This document shows, piece by piece, positions 38,094 through 47,209 of a stretch of DNA of 64,000 nt (the stretch's first letter is position 1; every line of letters starts with the position of its first letter). A program made the position numbers and the translations under genes. Source of the DNA: an uncultured virus (IMG/VR IMGVR_UViG_3300044846_004358) (lineage: Duplodnaviria > Heunggongvirae > Uroviricota > Caudoviricetes); IMG/VR virus record IMGVR_UViG_3300044846_004358. The stretch is one strand, 5' to 3'. The notes below the pieces were generated by a model. That model made no database searches, was not told the origin of the DNA, and was given only the letters and a program-made list of their open reading frames with translations.

Positions 38094-38150
38094 AGATGTG
38101 TATTTTAATAATAAATATCATTAACACATCGATTTTCTATTTACTTTTTT

Positions 38151-38354
38151 TTAATCTTCTTCAAGGTAAACTCTAATCTTGGTGAACTTACTATATTCAT
38201 CAAATACCCATTCAATGTCTTTGATTTTGAAATCCATTATACCTGATTTTACAAATGGGAATACAAATATTTCACCTTTACTTGGTGGGTGTGGTAAATA
38301 TACCTCGATATCATCGACATCACTTGTTAAAAATACTACTTGTGTTAATATCAT
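38151..38354 (-). CDS. Small hypothetical protein
   Basis: ATGA overlap with the upstream gene. Confidence 0.6.
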   Translation of the reverse strand: MILTQVVFLTSDVDDIEVYLPHPPSKGEIFVFPFVKSGIMDFKIKDIEWVFDEYSKFTKIRVYLEED

Positions 38355-38560
38355 ATCCAACTTAATAAATCTTCAATTGTTAAACCATCCATTACATAAT
38401 CATAGGTGTTATAAAATTCTTCACCATCGAACCAATATTGTGGTTCTTCATCACTTGAATCGAATACTCTGAATGAGTGTGATTCACCATTAATCTCTAA
38501 TAGATATTCATTAGTTTCTTGATAGTAAACTCTGTTACTGTCTAATACTTTAATCTCCAT
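38351..38560 (-). CDS. Small acidic hypothetical protein
   Basis: 69-aa ORF in a tightly packed operon. Confidence 0.65.
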   Translation of the reverse strand: MEIKVLDSNRVYYQETNEYLLEINGESHSFRVFDSSDEEPQYWFDGEEFYNTYDYVMDGLTIEDLLSWI

Positions 38561-38566
38561 TTTCTT

Positions 38567-38866
38567 TTAGTTTTTTAGGTGTTCATTGGGGTCAAAATTA
38601 TCTACAAAACCTGATTGTTCCCCTTCTTCAAGTTTTTGTCTTATGTAATCAATATAGGCAACATTATCTTTCATTGTCAAGTAACCTGAGCAAGTAATAT
38701 TCCAATTGTCTTTAGTTTCTTGACTATAGTCATTTGAAATATAAGTTCCTAAATTGATAACAATATCTGGGTGGAGGGTTTCTTGTCCATTATATAATAA
38801 CTTCCATCTATCACTATCACCAGTGTTGTTGGAGTTAAAACTAATTTGACATATCTGTTTGTTCAT
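38567..38866 (-). CDS. Hypothetical protein
   Basis: 99-aa ORF. Confidence 0.65.
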   Translation of the reverse strand: MNKQICQISFNSNNTGDSDRWKLLYNGQETLHPDIVINLGTYISNDYSQETKDNWNITCSGYLTMKDNVAYIDYIRQKLEEGEQSGFVDNFDPNEHLKN

Positions 38867-38984
38867 TTAATTCTTTTTCTTTTGCTTGTTCGATTAATTC
38901 ATCTAGTTCTGTCCATTCTATTTCACATTTGAATGGGTCACCATATGATTCCAATTGCTCTTTTAACCAATCTAGTACTGACAT
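38841..38984 (-). CDS. Small hypothetical protein (MSVLDWL...IEQAKEKE)
   Basis: Start moved to ATG 38984, just after the upstream stop. Confidence 0.55.
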   Translation of the reverse strand: MSVLDWLKEQLESYGDPFKCEIEWTELDELIEQAKEKELNEQTDMSN

Positions 38985-38985
38985 A

Positions 38986-39363
38986 TTATTTGTTTTTGAT
39001 TTTATCATATTCTTCATCACATAGAGTTCTCCACCAACCAATATCATTTCTCAATTTACCAGGTTTTCCTGTCGCTTCACAGATTGTTGAACTTTCTATT
39101 TCAGCTTTGGCAATTCTTCTATGTATGTCATCAGTTCCTTCTGTGATATAGAATCTTAGTGTACCATACTTTTCTTTAACTTGGACTACTTCTTTATTCC
39201 AACCCATTTTAATTAGGTCAGAGATGAGGTCTTTGATAAGTTGATTCCAACCTCCACCAACCTCAAAGAAGTCAGAGTTGAGTAATTTATTACCAGTATA
39301 TCCGTGGATTAAACCATCTATTGAAACGAGGTAATCATCCAATTCTTTATATGTTAAAACCAT
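38986..39363 (-). CDS. Conserved-looking phage hypothetical protein
   Basis: GW..LI, QVKEKYGTLRFY, ICEATGKPG, GWWRTLC motifs. Confidence 0.75.
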   Translation of the reverse strand: MVLTYKELDDYLVSIDGLIHGYTGNKLLNSDFFEVGGGWNQLIKDLISDLIKMGWNKEVVQVKEKYGTLRFYITEGTDDIHRRIAKAEIESSTICEATGKPGKLRNDIGWWRTLCDEEYDKIKNK

Positions 39364-39719
39364 CGTTTGTCTTTAAGATATTTTAAAAATACTTTTAAAT
39401 GTTTAATTCCTTCATTATCCATTGCTTCCCCAGCAAGTTTAATTGAATGGTTATCATTTTCAAGAACACCATTAATAAATCGCATATTGTCCCAATCTTC
39501 AGTTTTCCAAGGGGTTTTTGTTTTATCTGTAAACTCGATATCAAAACCATCGTAAAATGTTTCCCCATCATCTTTGAAGATTCTTGTTGCTTCCCAAGAA
39601 TAATCACTATTTTCGTAAATAATATTTAGGGTTTGCGTTAAATCATCAAGTATTATTTCCTCTTCAGGTTGTGTTTCTCTAACATACCAAACACCATTGA
39701 TTAATATTCTATCTTCCAT
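39354..39719 (-). CDS. Hypothetical protein
   Basis: 121-aa ORF. Confidence 0.7.
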   Translation of the reverse strand: MEDRILINGVWYVRETQPEEEIILDDLTQTLNIIYENSDYSWEATRIFKDDGETFYDGFDIEFTDKTKTPWKTEDWDNMRFINGVLENDNHSIKLAGEAMDNEGIKHLKVFLKYLKDKRWF

Positions 39720-39722
39720 AAT

Positions 39723-40097
39723 TTATTTATTTATTTTTATAAGTTGAACTAAACATTTCAATTGAACTAAACATTTCAGTTGGGCTTCTTCATATGTTCC
39801 AAAATATTCATCAATCACATTATCCTTGAATCCATCCCAAATAACATATGTGAATATGTTTTTACCATTATCATAACCACCTTCAACTAGTCCAATTAAG
39901 TTATAATTGTCTCTGAACCATTTGAACGCTTGTTCCCAAGTTGGTGACATAACATATTTTGTATTGGAGTTTTTCATCCAACCACCATAAGCTTCATTCA
40001 ATATATTTTCACCCCAGTAATGAGTCAAACATATCTCATCAAAACCAAGTTCTCTTAATTCCAAGGATTGTTCATAGGGGACAAATAAATCTTTCAT
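39723..40097 (-). CDS. Hypothetical phage protein
   Basis: FVPYEQSLELRELGFDE...PTWEQAFKWFR...TYEEA; short tandem duplication QLKCLV x2 at the C-terminus. Confidence 0.75.
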   Translation of the reverse strand: MKDLFVPYEQSLELRELGFDEICLTHYWGENILNEAYGGWMKNSNTKYVMSPTWEQAFKWFRDNYNLIGLVEGGYDNGKNIFTYVIWDGFKDNVIDEYFGTYEEAQLKCLVQLKCLVQLIKINK

Positions 40098-40107
40098 TTT
40101 ATTTTAA

Positions 40108-40320
40108 TTAAAAAATGTCAGAGAAATTAGTTTCTTCGGGTTCGACTTTATCGAGAGTCAAACAGAAAACTTCATTGATAGTACTTAAAGGATAACCATC
40201 AATCTCAAGAGCCAACATAAGTGCATCTCTGATAGCATATGGGTAATGACAAGTTTTGGTGTCAATCGTTACGATTGGGTATTGTCTTTCATCGTTGTTT
40301 CTTTCTACTATAATTTTCAT
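40108..40320 (-). CDS. Small hypothetical protein
   Basis: 70-aa ORF. Confidence 0.62.
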   Translation of the reverse strand: MKIIVERNNDERQYPIVTIDTKTCHYPYAIRDALMLALEIDGYPLSTINEVFCLTLDKVEPEETNFSDIF

Positions 40321-40363
40321 TTTATTTAGTTTTTACATTTCTATTAACAATAAGTCCTAATTT

Positions 40364-40618
40364 TTACCCCTTTTCTTGTATCAAGGTGTAATTCGAGTTT
40401 TTTGTTGAGAACTTCAATACACCATCTTCATTTGTAAATGATGTTATTTCAGTTGTTAACCAAGTATAAACAACATACTGGGGGTCTAATATTAATGACC
40501 TACCAATAGCTGGTTCATCATATGAGTTGGAAACTCTGCCCTCTTCATTCCACTCAATATATTTAATATCTTTACCAACCTTGGTTAAGTTGTCTCGTTC
40601 TCTGATTAGTTTATACAT
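40364..40618 (-). CDS. Small hypothetical protein
   Basis: 84-aa ORF. Confidence 0.68.
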   Translation of the reverse strand: MYKLIRERDNLTKVGKDIKYIEWNEEGRVSNSYDEPAIGRSLILDPQYVVYTWLTTEITSFTNEDGVLKFSTKNSNYTLIQEKG

Positions 40619-40796
40619 CTTCTTCTAATATTTTTTCAATTGATGTGATAATTGTGAAATTGATGGGGTAACAAGCAACAGTTTCGTCATTATACCAAAA
40701 TCTGTAGAAACCATTATCAGTTTCAAAATCTTCAGCAAAAACCTTGAAACTCTTAATATTATCACCTGTTATAACGAATATGTCATATCTGTTCAT
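40611..40796 (-). CDS. Small hypothetical protein, first gene of a host-promoter operon
   Basis: TACTTTTG motif at 40810-40817 upstream. Confidence 0.65.
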   Translation of the reverse strand: MNRYDIFVITGDNIKSFKVFAEDFETDNGFYRFWYNDETVACYPINFTIITSIEKILEEDV

Positions 40797-40883
40797 AGTT
40801 GTTTTTTTACAAAAGTAAGGAATAGTTTTTATTTTTTCTAATCTAAGTGATATTTATTTAAAAATAAAACTCAAAAAAAAACA

Positions 40884-41180
40884 ATGAAAAAGATAGTAAG
40901 ATTGACTGAAAGAGATTTAACTAGATTGGTTAAAAGAGTAATCAAAGAGGATGAAGAATCTATGAAGAGTTATAAAAAAATGTTAAGTAAAATTGAATCA
41001 GATTTGGATAAAGATGAATCAGATTTGGATGAAATTCAAAATAAACTTTATGATTTTGATAACTTAATTTGGGATGAAGATACCTTAGATGAGGATGAAA
41101 AAGAAAAATTATCATATTATATTGGTGAGTTACTTAAAAGATGTGTGAAACCTAAAAATAAAGGATTTGGTAAATTTTAA
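40884..41180 (+). CDS. Acidic hypothetical protein with class-A leader
   Basis: MKKIVRLTERDLTRLVKRVIKE; TATTTAT at 40851-40857. Confidence 0.8.
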   Translation: MKKIVRLTERDLTRLVKRVIKEDEESMKSYKKMLSKIESDLDKDESDLDEIQNKLYDFDNLIWDEDTLDEDEKEKLSYYIGELLKRCVKPKNKGFGKF

Positions 41181-41189
41181 TTATATCTC

Positions 41190-41215
41190 CCCCCACCCTA
41201 AGAGTGGGGGTTTTT
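41190..41215. terminator. Bidirectional terminator (CCCCAC family)
   Basis: CCCCCAC-N7-GTGGGGG-TTTTT between convergent genes. Confidence 0.8.
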
Positions 41216-41218
41216 ATT

Positions 41219-44047
41219 TTAGAACTTGTGACTTACACCAAATGTAAATGTCACACCAGGATTGACTGAATTGAATATTTGTTTTTCAGCTTTATATGAT
41301 TGATAAAAACTTTCCACTCTATCATTAAGAATATTTTGTACTCTAAAATCTATTGATGTATTCTTAATCTTTTGACTTACAGATAAGTTTAATGAGTGAA
41401 ATGGTTCATCATAGATATCAGGTGATAATCCTGTTCCAACGATGGATAATGTTTGTCCTTTAACATTATAAAACACACCCACATTTAATCCAATCTTTTC
41501 GACATTATAAGATAACCCAGTATTAATAACAAATGGTGATTGTCCGGCCATAACTCTGGTATTGTTTATGTTCTCACCATCTCTTTCATATTGTTTCCTT
41601 GCTTGGTATTCTGTCTCTGTCATTGTTATTTTGGATTGAGCAATGGTGACATTGGTATTGAAAGAAAAGTTCTTTAGAAACGATTTTCTTAACTCAAACT
41701 CAATTCCATATAAATCCCCATTTCCAACATTCCTTGGTTGATATTCCGTTGATGTTTGTTGTTCAGGTATTCTTACCAATTCAATTGGGTTATTAAAGTG
41801 TTTATAAAATCCTGATACAGAGTAAAAATCCTTATCTTTGGCCAACTCCCATCTCAAATCCAAGTTATCAATATTCGTTTCTCTTAGATTACCATTCCAA
41901 GTTCCGTTATAACTGAATAAACCTCCATTGAATATTCTATTTGTGATTGGGTCTAATATTTGAGCATAAGACATTTCCTTGAATGATGGTCTGGCAATTG
42001 TTCTGTTATATGATAATCTAAGATTTTGTTTTGGGGTTATTGAATAGATTAAGTTAGTAGATGGAAATAAATGAAATGTATTTAATACAATATCATTTTT
42101 AAGATTGTTTCCATTCATATCACCATTGGCATATCTTATATCTCTTCCTGTATGTCTTTGGATAAAATATTCAGCTCTTAATCCACCATTAATTTTGAAT
42201 CTATTTTTAATATTATATTCACCTGAAACATATACACCAGTGTTATTCACATTTGATGAATATTGATTTGGGTTTGGGTTAACATTACCAGATTGAATAT
42301 ATGTTCCATTAATCTCACTTGGATATAAGTTTTCCGTACTCATAACAAGATTTGGGTCTGGTGTTGTCCAAGATTGCGGTTTGGAAAACATCAATTCATA
42401 TAACTTGATACTATAATCTCTTAACTTATATGAATGTGATACACCAAAGTTTAATTTGAAGTTATTAAATTGTTTGGATACATCAACTTTAACATTATTG
42501 TTAAACTCACTTAAGTTTCTCCATATCCTTGATGGATTACCAGCTTCACCAGATGAGAATGTATATGTTCCATCATAACTGAATGGTGTCTTTCTAATAT
42601 CAGGGTCAACTGATGAAGAATAAGTTGGGGATAATTTCCAATCAACATTCCAATCATTGATGTTATGTTTTCCACTTAATAATAAATTGGTTAAACCTCT
42701 TTGGTTATATTCCAAGTTATATGATTTGGCTTCATAACCTGATTGTCCAACGGCATTTGAGTTGTTAGTTATATTGAATACACCTGCTCTACTTTCCCCA
42801 CTCTGTAAATGAATAAGATTTAGTTTGTATTTACTCTTACCTTTGGTATAGTTAAACCCAACTAATCCACCCAAGAAGTTATTAATCTCAGTAAGTTGTC
42901 CTGATTGTTTGGTTGCATATATCAATTCATTCTCATTATGATTTGATGACCTTTGATATTCACCATACTTTACATCAGTATAAAACTTGTAATCAGTTTT
43001 ATGATTGATTGATAAGATATATCCAAAGTTCTTATTTGTTTTACCATAAGATATACCACCACCGAAATCAATCATACTTAAATCAGTTGTAGCCCCTAAT
43101 ACAGGATTCAATCTGTTTAACAAATTGACTATGTTTTGTTGATGTTGTGTTGAACTGATATTTGATGGTTTGTTAAATGGGGTTGGGATATAACTTCTAT
43201 TCAATTCGTCAGGTAATCTTCTTAAACCACCATCAAATCCCAATATATCAGTCGCTGAACCTTTTTCACTTATGAAGTTGGGATTGAAGTGAACTTGGGG
43301 ATTATAACCTAATGATAATGAGAAAGAACCTTGACTTGTTTCAGGTATATCTTTTGTTTCCACATTAACCAATCCACCAGTAAAATCAGCAGGTAATTCA
43401 GGTGAAAAACTTTTTGATACGACAATATTATTCAGTAAATTGGTTGGGAAGATATCCATCTGTAATGAGTTTCTATCTGGGTCTAAACCTGGTATTTCAA
43501 TTCCATTTAATAATGTCTTGGAATATCTATCACCCAATCCTCTTACATAAACATATTTACCACTTTCGACTGAAACTCCTGTAACTCTTTTACTTGCATC
43601 AACCGCATTATTGTCACCAGTACTTTTCATTTTCTCAGAACTGATACCATCCAATAAGATATTGGATTCCATTTTCATATCAATTAATGCTGTTTCATTT
43701 TTTACAATCCTATCAGCTGTAATCACAACTTCACCTGTCTGTAAAATATCTTCTTTCATATAGATATCAGGCAAACTTGTCAGGTCACCAACTAGTGAGA
43801 TTTTTTCTATTGTAATCTTTTGATATGATATATAGGAAAACACCAAATCAATCGTGTCCAATTCTGTTGTAATTGAAAATGTTCCATCAAAATCGGTAAT
43901 CACACCTGTTGATGTCCCCTTTATAATAATTGTTACACCAACCAAAGGTTCTTCAGTTGTTGCATCAATTACTTTACCAAATAATACATTTTGTGAATAA
44001 GAGAGGAGGGGAAGTAAAACGAATAATAACGATAATAATGTTTTCAT
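41219..44047 (-). CDS. TonB-dependent outer-membrane receptor (Bacteroidota type, N-terminal carboxypeptidase-regulatory-like domain)
   Basis: Signal peptide; GKVID..T.EPL.GV.I...GT..G..TD.DG.F; plug RVTGVSV...YVRGLGDRY; beta-barrel; C-terminal Phe. Confidence 0.92.
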   Translation of the reverse strand: MKTLLSLLFVLLPLLSYSQNVLFGKVIDATTEEPLVGVTIIIKGTSTGVITDFDGTFSITTELDTIDLVFSYISYQKITIEKISLVGDLTSLPDIYMKEDILQTGEVVITADRIVKNETALIDMKMESNILLDGISSEKMKSTGDNNAVDASKRVTGVSVESGKYVYVRGLGDRYSKTLLNGIEIPGLDPDRNSLQMDIFPTNLLNNIVVSKSFSPELPADFTGGLVNVETKDIPETSQGSFSLSLGYNPQVHFNPNFISEKGSATDILGFDGGLRRLPDELNRSYIPTPFNKPSNISSTQHQQNIVNLLNRLNPVLGATTDLSMIDFGGGISYGKTNKNFGYILSINHKTDYKFYTDVKYGEYQRSSNHNENELIYATKQSGQLTEINNFLGGLVGFNYTKGKSKYKLNLIHLQSGESRAGVFNITNNSNAVGQSGYEAKSYNLEYNQRGLTNLLLSGKHNINDWNVDWKLSPTYSSSVDPDIRKTPFSYDGTYTFSSGEAGNPSRIWRNLSEFNNNVKVDVSKQFNNFKLNFGVSHSYKLRDYSIKLYELMFSKPQSWTTPDPNLVMSTENLYPSEINGTYIQSGNVNPNPNQYSSNVNNTGVYVSGEYNIKNRFKINGGLRAEYFIQRHTGRDIRYANGDMNGNNLKNDIVLNTFHLFPSTNLIYSITPKQNLRLSYNRTIARPSFKEMSYAQILDPITNRIFNGGLFSYNGTWNGNLRETNIDNLDLRWELAKDKDFYSVSGFYKHFNNPIELVRIPEQQTSTEYQPRNVGNGDLYGIEFELRKSFLKNFSFNTNVTIAQSKITMTETEYQARKQYERDGENINNTRVMAGQSPFVINTGLSYNVEKIGLNVGVFYNVKGQTLSIVGTGLSPDIYDEPFHSLNLSVSQKIKNTSIDFRVQNILNDRVESFYQSYKAEKQIFNSVNPGVTFTFGVSHKF

Positions 44048-44122
44048 ATAATGTTGTTGCGAATCATAAATAGGAATTATAATTCACATTGTCAATATAT
44101 CTACATTAAGTTTTGGTTAATT

Positions 44123-44773
44123 TTATCCGTATTTTTCTTCGTGGTAATCTAATATGGTTTGGATTACTTTTTCTTCATCTTTTTGATTCATATTATGAAT
44201 CTCACGATTGTCTTTGAACCACTTTCTAACAACATCTTCAAATGGAGTTTGTTGTAGTTTTGACACTCTTCTAAATCCTTGTATTTGTGCCCCCAATTCT
44301 TCAGGTGACATATAATATTTCTTACCTTTTTTTTCTTTCTTTTTTCTAGTTAAATTGAATTCCCCGTGATACTCTTGTAATCCGTGTTCCAATTCGTGAG
44401 CAATAAGATTGTTTAATTCTTCTATAATCTCATATAATTGTCCTTCCAATTTATTTGGATTAACTATTATTTTTACTTCAACAACATCATCTTCCAAACT
44501 ATAACTTCCATTTGTCATAAACCTCAAAGTATTAGGATTGAATACTAAATGTAATTCAACACTAAATTGAACTGGGTAGTTATTAAATGAATAAAAATCT
44601 TCATCGGGGTTCTCAGGTAATATAAAAGAACCTTCTTCACCTCTTTTTAATATCTTTATTATATCTCTTACAACTTCTCTTACAGCTTGTCTACTCATAC
44701 GAGCTTCAGTTATTGTTTCTAAACCCATATTTTTCAACATTTGGTTTACACTTTCATTTAAGTTCGTTCTCAT
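44123..44773 (-). CDS. Class-F-like leader protein with HExxH module
   Basis: MRTNLNESVNQMLKNMGLETITE; IAHELEHGLQ...EE..A.IQGF; paralogous to the C-terminal module of 34831..36744. Confidence 0.72.
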   Translation of the reverse strand: MRTNLNESVNQMLKNMGLETITEARMSRQAVREVVRDIIKILKRGEEGSFILPENPDEDFYSFNNYPVQFSVELHLVFNPNTLRFMTNGSYSLEDDVVEVKIIVNPNKLEGQLYEIIEELNNLIAHELEHGLQEYHGEFNLTRKKKEKKGKKYYMSPEELGAQIQGFRRVSKLQQTPFEDVVRKWFKDNREIHNMNQKDEEKVIQTILDYHEEKYG

Positions 44774-44808
44774 ATTACCAATTCGTATTTTTTTTAATTT
44801 TAGTAAAA

Positions 44809-46431
44809 TTATATATCGTATAATCTGTCACTTAAATATTGATTGAAGTCATCTTCATCAATACTTGGATACCATCTGTCATCGAAACTTGGTTTTGGTA
44901 AATCAATATTATCTTCACTCACCAATTCTCTAAAAACACAAGCTGGGTCATCATAACAATTTTCATAGTATTCGTCCAATTCATCTTCAGGAAAGCCAAA
45001 ATCATTCAAATCAACTTGTATTTTGATATTATCATTAGTAAACTCAAATACATTACCAAGTTCATTTAAGGCATCTTTGATGGTATCTCTTAAGTATTTG
45101 ACATATTCATTACTTTCAACTTCATTAATACTACTACTAATAGCATTTCTTATATCATAGTTTTCATCATATTCTTCAATCTTATCAACCAAACTCATAT
45201 CTTCATCAACTTCACCACCTTGTTTTTCTATCATACTATTGATGATTTCCTCAATTTTCTTTTCGTTCTCTGAATCTACATTATATTCTAAAGCGGATTT
45301 CCAATCTGCATCATAGTTATCCCACATTTCCCAAGCGTCATCAGACATTATTGTTTCATAGAAATACACTCTTTTTACTTTTTGGTCTTTTGCACTACCA
45401 TAAGTTTTATAAACATAGTCACCTGATAAATAATCACCAACATCTTTTGGGTCTATTTCTAATGTAAATGTTGTTTGTAGTGGTTGAACTTCAACAATAC
45501 CCATCTCACTTAATTTTCTTTGTAAACTTCTTGTATTGAATAATTCAGGTCTATTACTATAAAGTTCTCTTATTGTTTGGTTTGGTAAATCTGTAAGTTT
45601 GAAATCTTGTTGTGCGGCATATTCAGTTCCAAAACCTTGGATTAAATAATCATCCTCTTCACCTCCACCACCTAAAAGATAGAATAATGGTTGTATATAT
45701 TTGTGAAACTCTTCTTTTGGTTTTTCATTTCTAGGCCCTTTCATTTGATATAATATTCCATCAGTTCCAATTGAAGCTGTAACATGACTTTTATTTATCT
45801 TAAACTTTCCTCCTGGTAACTTTTTATCACTCCTTAATGAATATAGATATCCATATGAACTTCTTCCACAATGACCCATTCTTTCACATTCTTCAGGGGA
45901 GTTTTTAACATTCAAATCAGCCCAATAAAAACCTTCACCATCTTCATTCCTAAAATCAATTAAAATTGGAGCATTTTCAATATAGTTGATTTTTCCCTCA
46001 CCTACACCTAAACTATCATGCCATTGTTTTTGTTTTTCAAAAATCTCTGACCATTTATCATCTTCAAGTGATGACTTGTTTCCATTTAATCCAACACGGA
46101 TATAATCCATCATTGGAATAATAATTCTAGTTAATGTTGGTGTATGTATTTTATTAATTTCACTAATAGTAAACTCTTTTATTTCTTGTGGAGTCATATT
46201 ACCTTCCACATTATAACTCTTAGTTCTTTGAACATAATGTTTGTATAATTTGTTGGCCATCCATATAGCTAAAGGGCCACATAATTCATCGAATATTTTT
46301 GCGATTGGTTCACTGAAACCAACTTTATCAGTTAATATTTTGAGTTTAGATGCTTCTAACAATACACCATACTTGTTGTTGTATTCTTTCAGTATCTCAA
46401 TTATCTTCTTTTCTTGTAGTATTCTTTTCAT
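44809..46431 (-). CDS. Large acidic hypothetical protein, possible PcfJ-like module
   Basis: Start moved to MKRILQE after the TATTTAT motif; WHDSL, ECERMGHCG, YSLR, QMKG..N..P motifs. Confidence 0.65.
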   Translation of the reverse strand: MKRILQEKKIIEILKEYNNKYGVLLEASKLKILTDKVGFSEPIAKIFDELCGPLAIWMANKLYKHYVQRTKSYNVEGNMTPQEIKEFTISEINKIHTPTLTRIIIPMMDYIRVGLNGNKSSLEDDKWSEIFEKQKQWHDSLGVGEGKINYIENAPILIDFRNEDGEGFYWADLNVKNSPEECERMGHCGRSSYGYLYSLRSDKKLPGGKFKINKSHVTASIGTDGILYQMKGPRNEKPKEEFHKYIQPLFYLLGGGGEEDDYLIQGFGTEYAAQQDFKLTDLPNQTIRELYSNRPELFNTRSLQRKLSEMGIVEVQPLQTTFTLEIDPKDVGDYLSGDYVYKTYGSAKDQKVKRVYFYETIMSDDAWEMWDNYDADWKSALEYNVDSENEKKIEEIINSMIEKQGGEVDEDMSLVDKIEEYDENYDIRNAISSSINEVESNEYVKYLRDTIKDALNELGNVFEFTNDNIKIQVDLNDFGFPEDELDEYYENCYDDPACVFRELVSEDNIDLPKPSFDDRWYPSIDEDDFNQYLSDRLYDI

Positions 46432-46502
46432 AAATAAGTTTCTGTCTATCTGTATAAATATTAAGTTAATCCACTTATATTTATGGTTAAAGAAAAAATT
46501 AA

Positions 46503-47174
46503 ATGACACCGAAAATAGATTCACCAATCAAGTTATACTTCTATAAGTTTTTAAGAGGTGGTAAGAAAACATTACAAGTGGGTGATATTACATTATTACC
46601 AGAATATGACGAATATAGCGATAAAGTATATTGGACTATGGATAATCCAAACGATAGTTCATATTCAAGTTATACATTAAGAGGTTATGTTGAGGAGGCG
46701 GCTCACGATTTTAGTAAAATGACAAGTAATGATTATTTCAAAGAAGTTGATAAAAAACAAAAGTTAGAAACACCTCAAGCAATCTATATTAAACCTGAAC
46801 AAGAAAATAAGTTTTTACAATACGCAAAGAAATCAACCACATTTAACTATAAAGAATTACTTATGGATATTCAGGCTTTTGATGTCTATCCTACGATGGA
46901 TAGTGAGGGACTGTATTTTACTATTAGTGTAATCTGTAAAAATCCATTTGATAAGGAAACCAACAAATATATAAGTTATGATTGGTTAAAGGATAGGTTA
47001 GATTATTATAAAGAATGGGATAGTTATTTCGATTATATTAGTTTTACTTTATTCACCAGTTTAATGGATTATACTTGGTCGAAAATACCAACTCTATTCG
47101 ACAACACTTATATGCACACTATTTGTGAGATTAGATATTTCACCCCCGATAAAAAAGAAATAAGATTATGGTAA
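46503..47174 (+). CDS. Hypothetical protein
   Basis: 223-aa ORF; TATTTAT at 46478-46484. Confidence 0.75.
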   Translation: MTPKIDSPIKLYFYKFLRGGKKTLQVGDITLLPEYDEYSDKVYWTMDNPNDSSYSSYTLRGYVEEAAHDFSKMTSNDYFKEVDKKQKLETPQAIYIKPEQENKFLQYAKKSTTFNYKELLMDIQAFDVYPTMDSEGLYFTISVICKNPFDKETNKYISYDWLKDRLDYYKEWDSYFDYISFTLFTSLMDYTWSKIPTLFDNTYMHTICEIRYFTPDKKEIRLW

Positions 47175-47178
47175 AAAT

Positions 47179-47206
47179 AAACCCCACTTTTAATGGTGGG
47201 GTTTTT
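47179..47206. terminator. Bidirectional terminator (CCCCAC family)
   Basis: AAACCCCAC-N8-GTGGGGTTT between convergent genes. Confidence 0.85.
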
Positions 47207-47209
47207 AAT

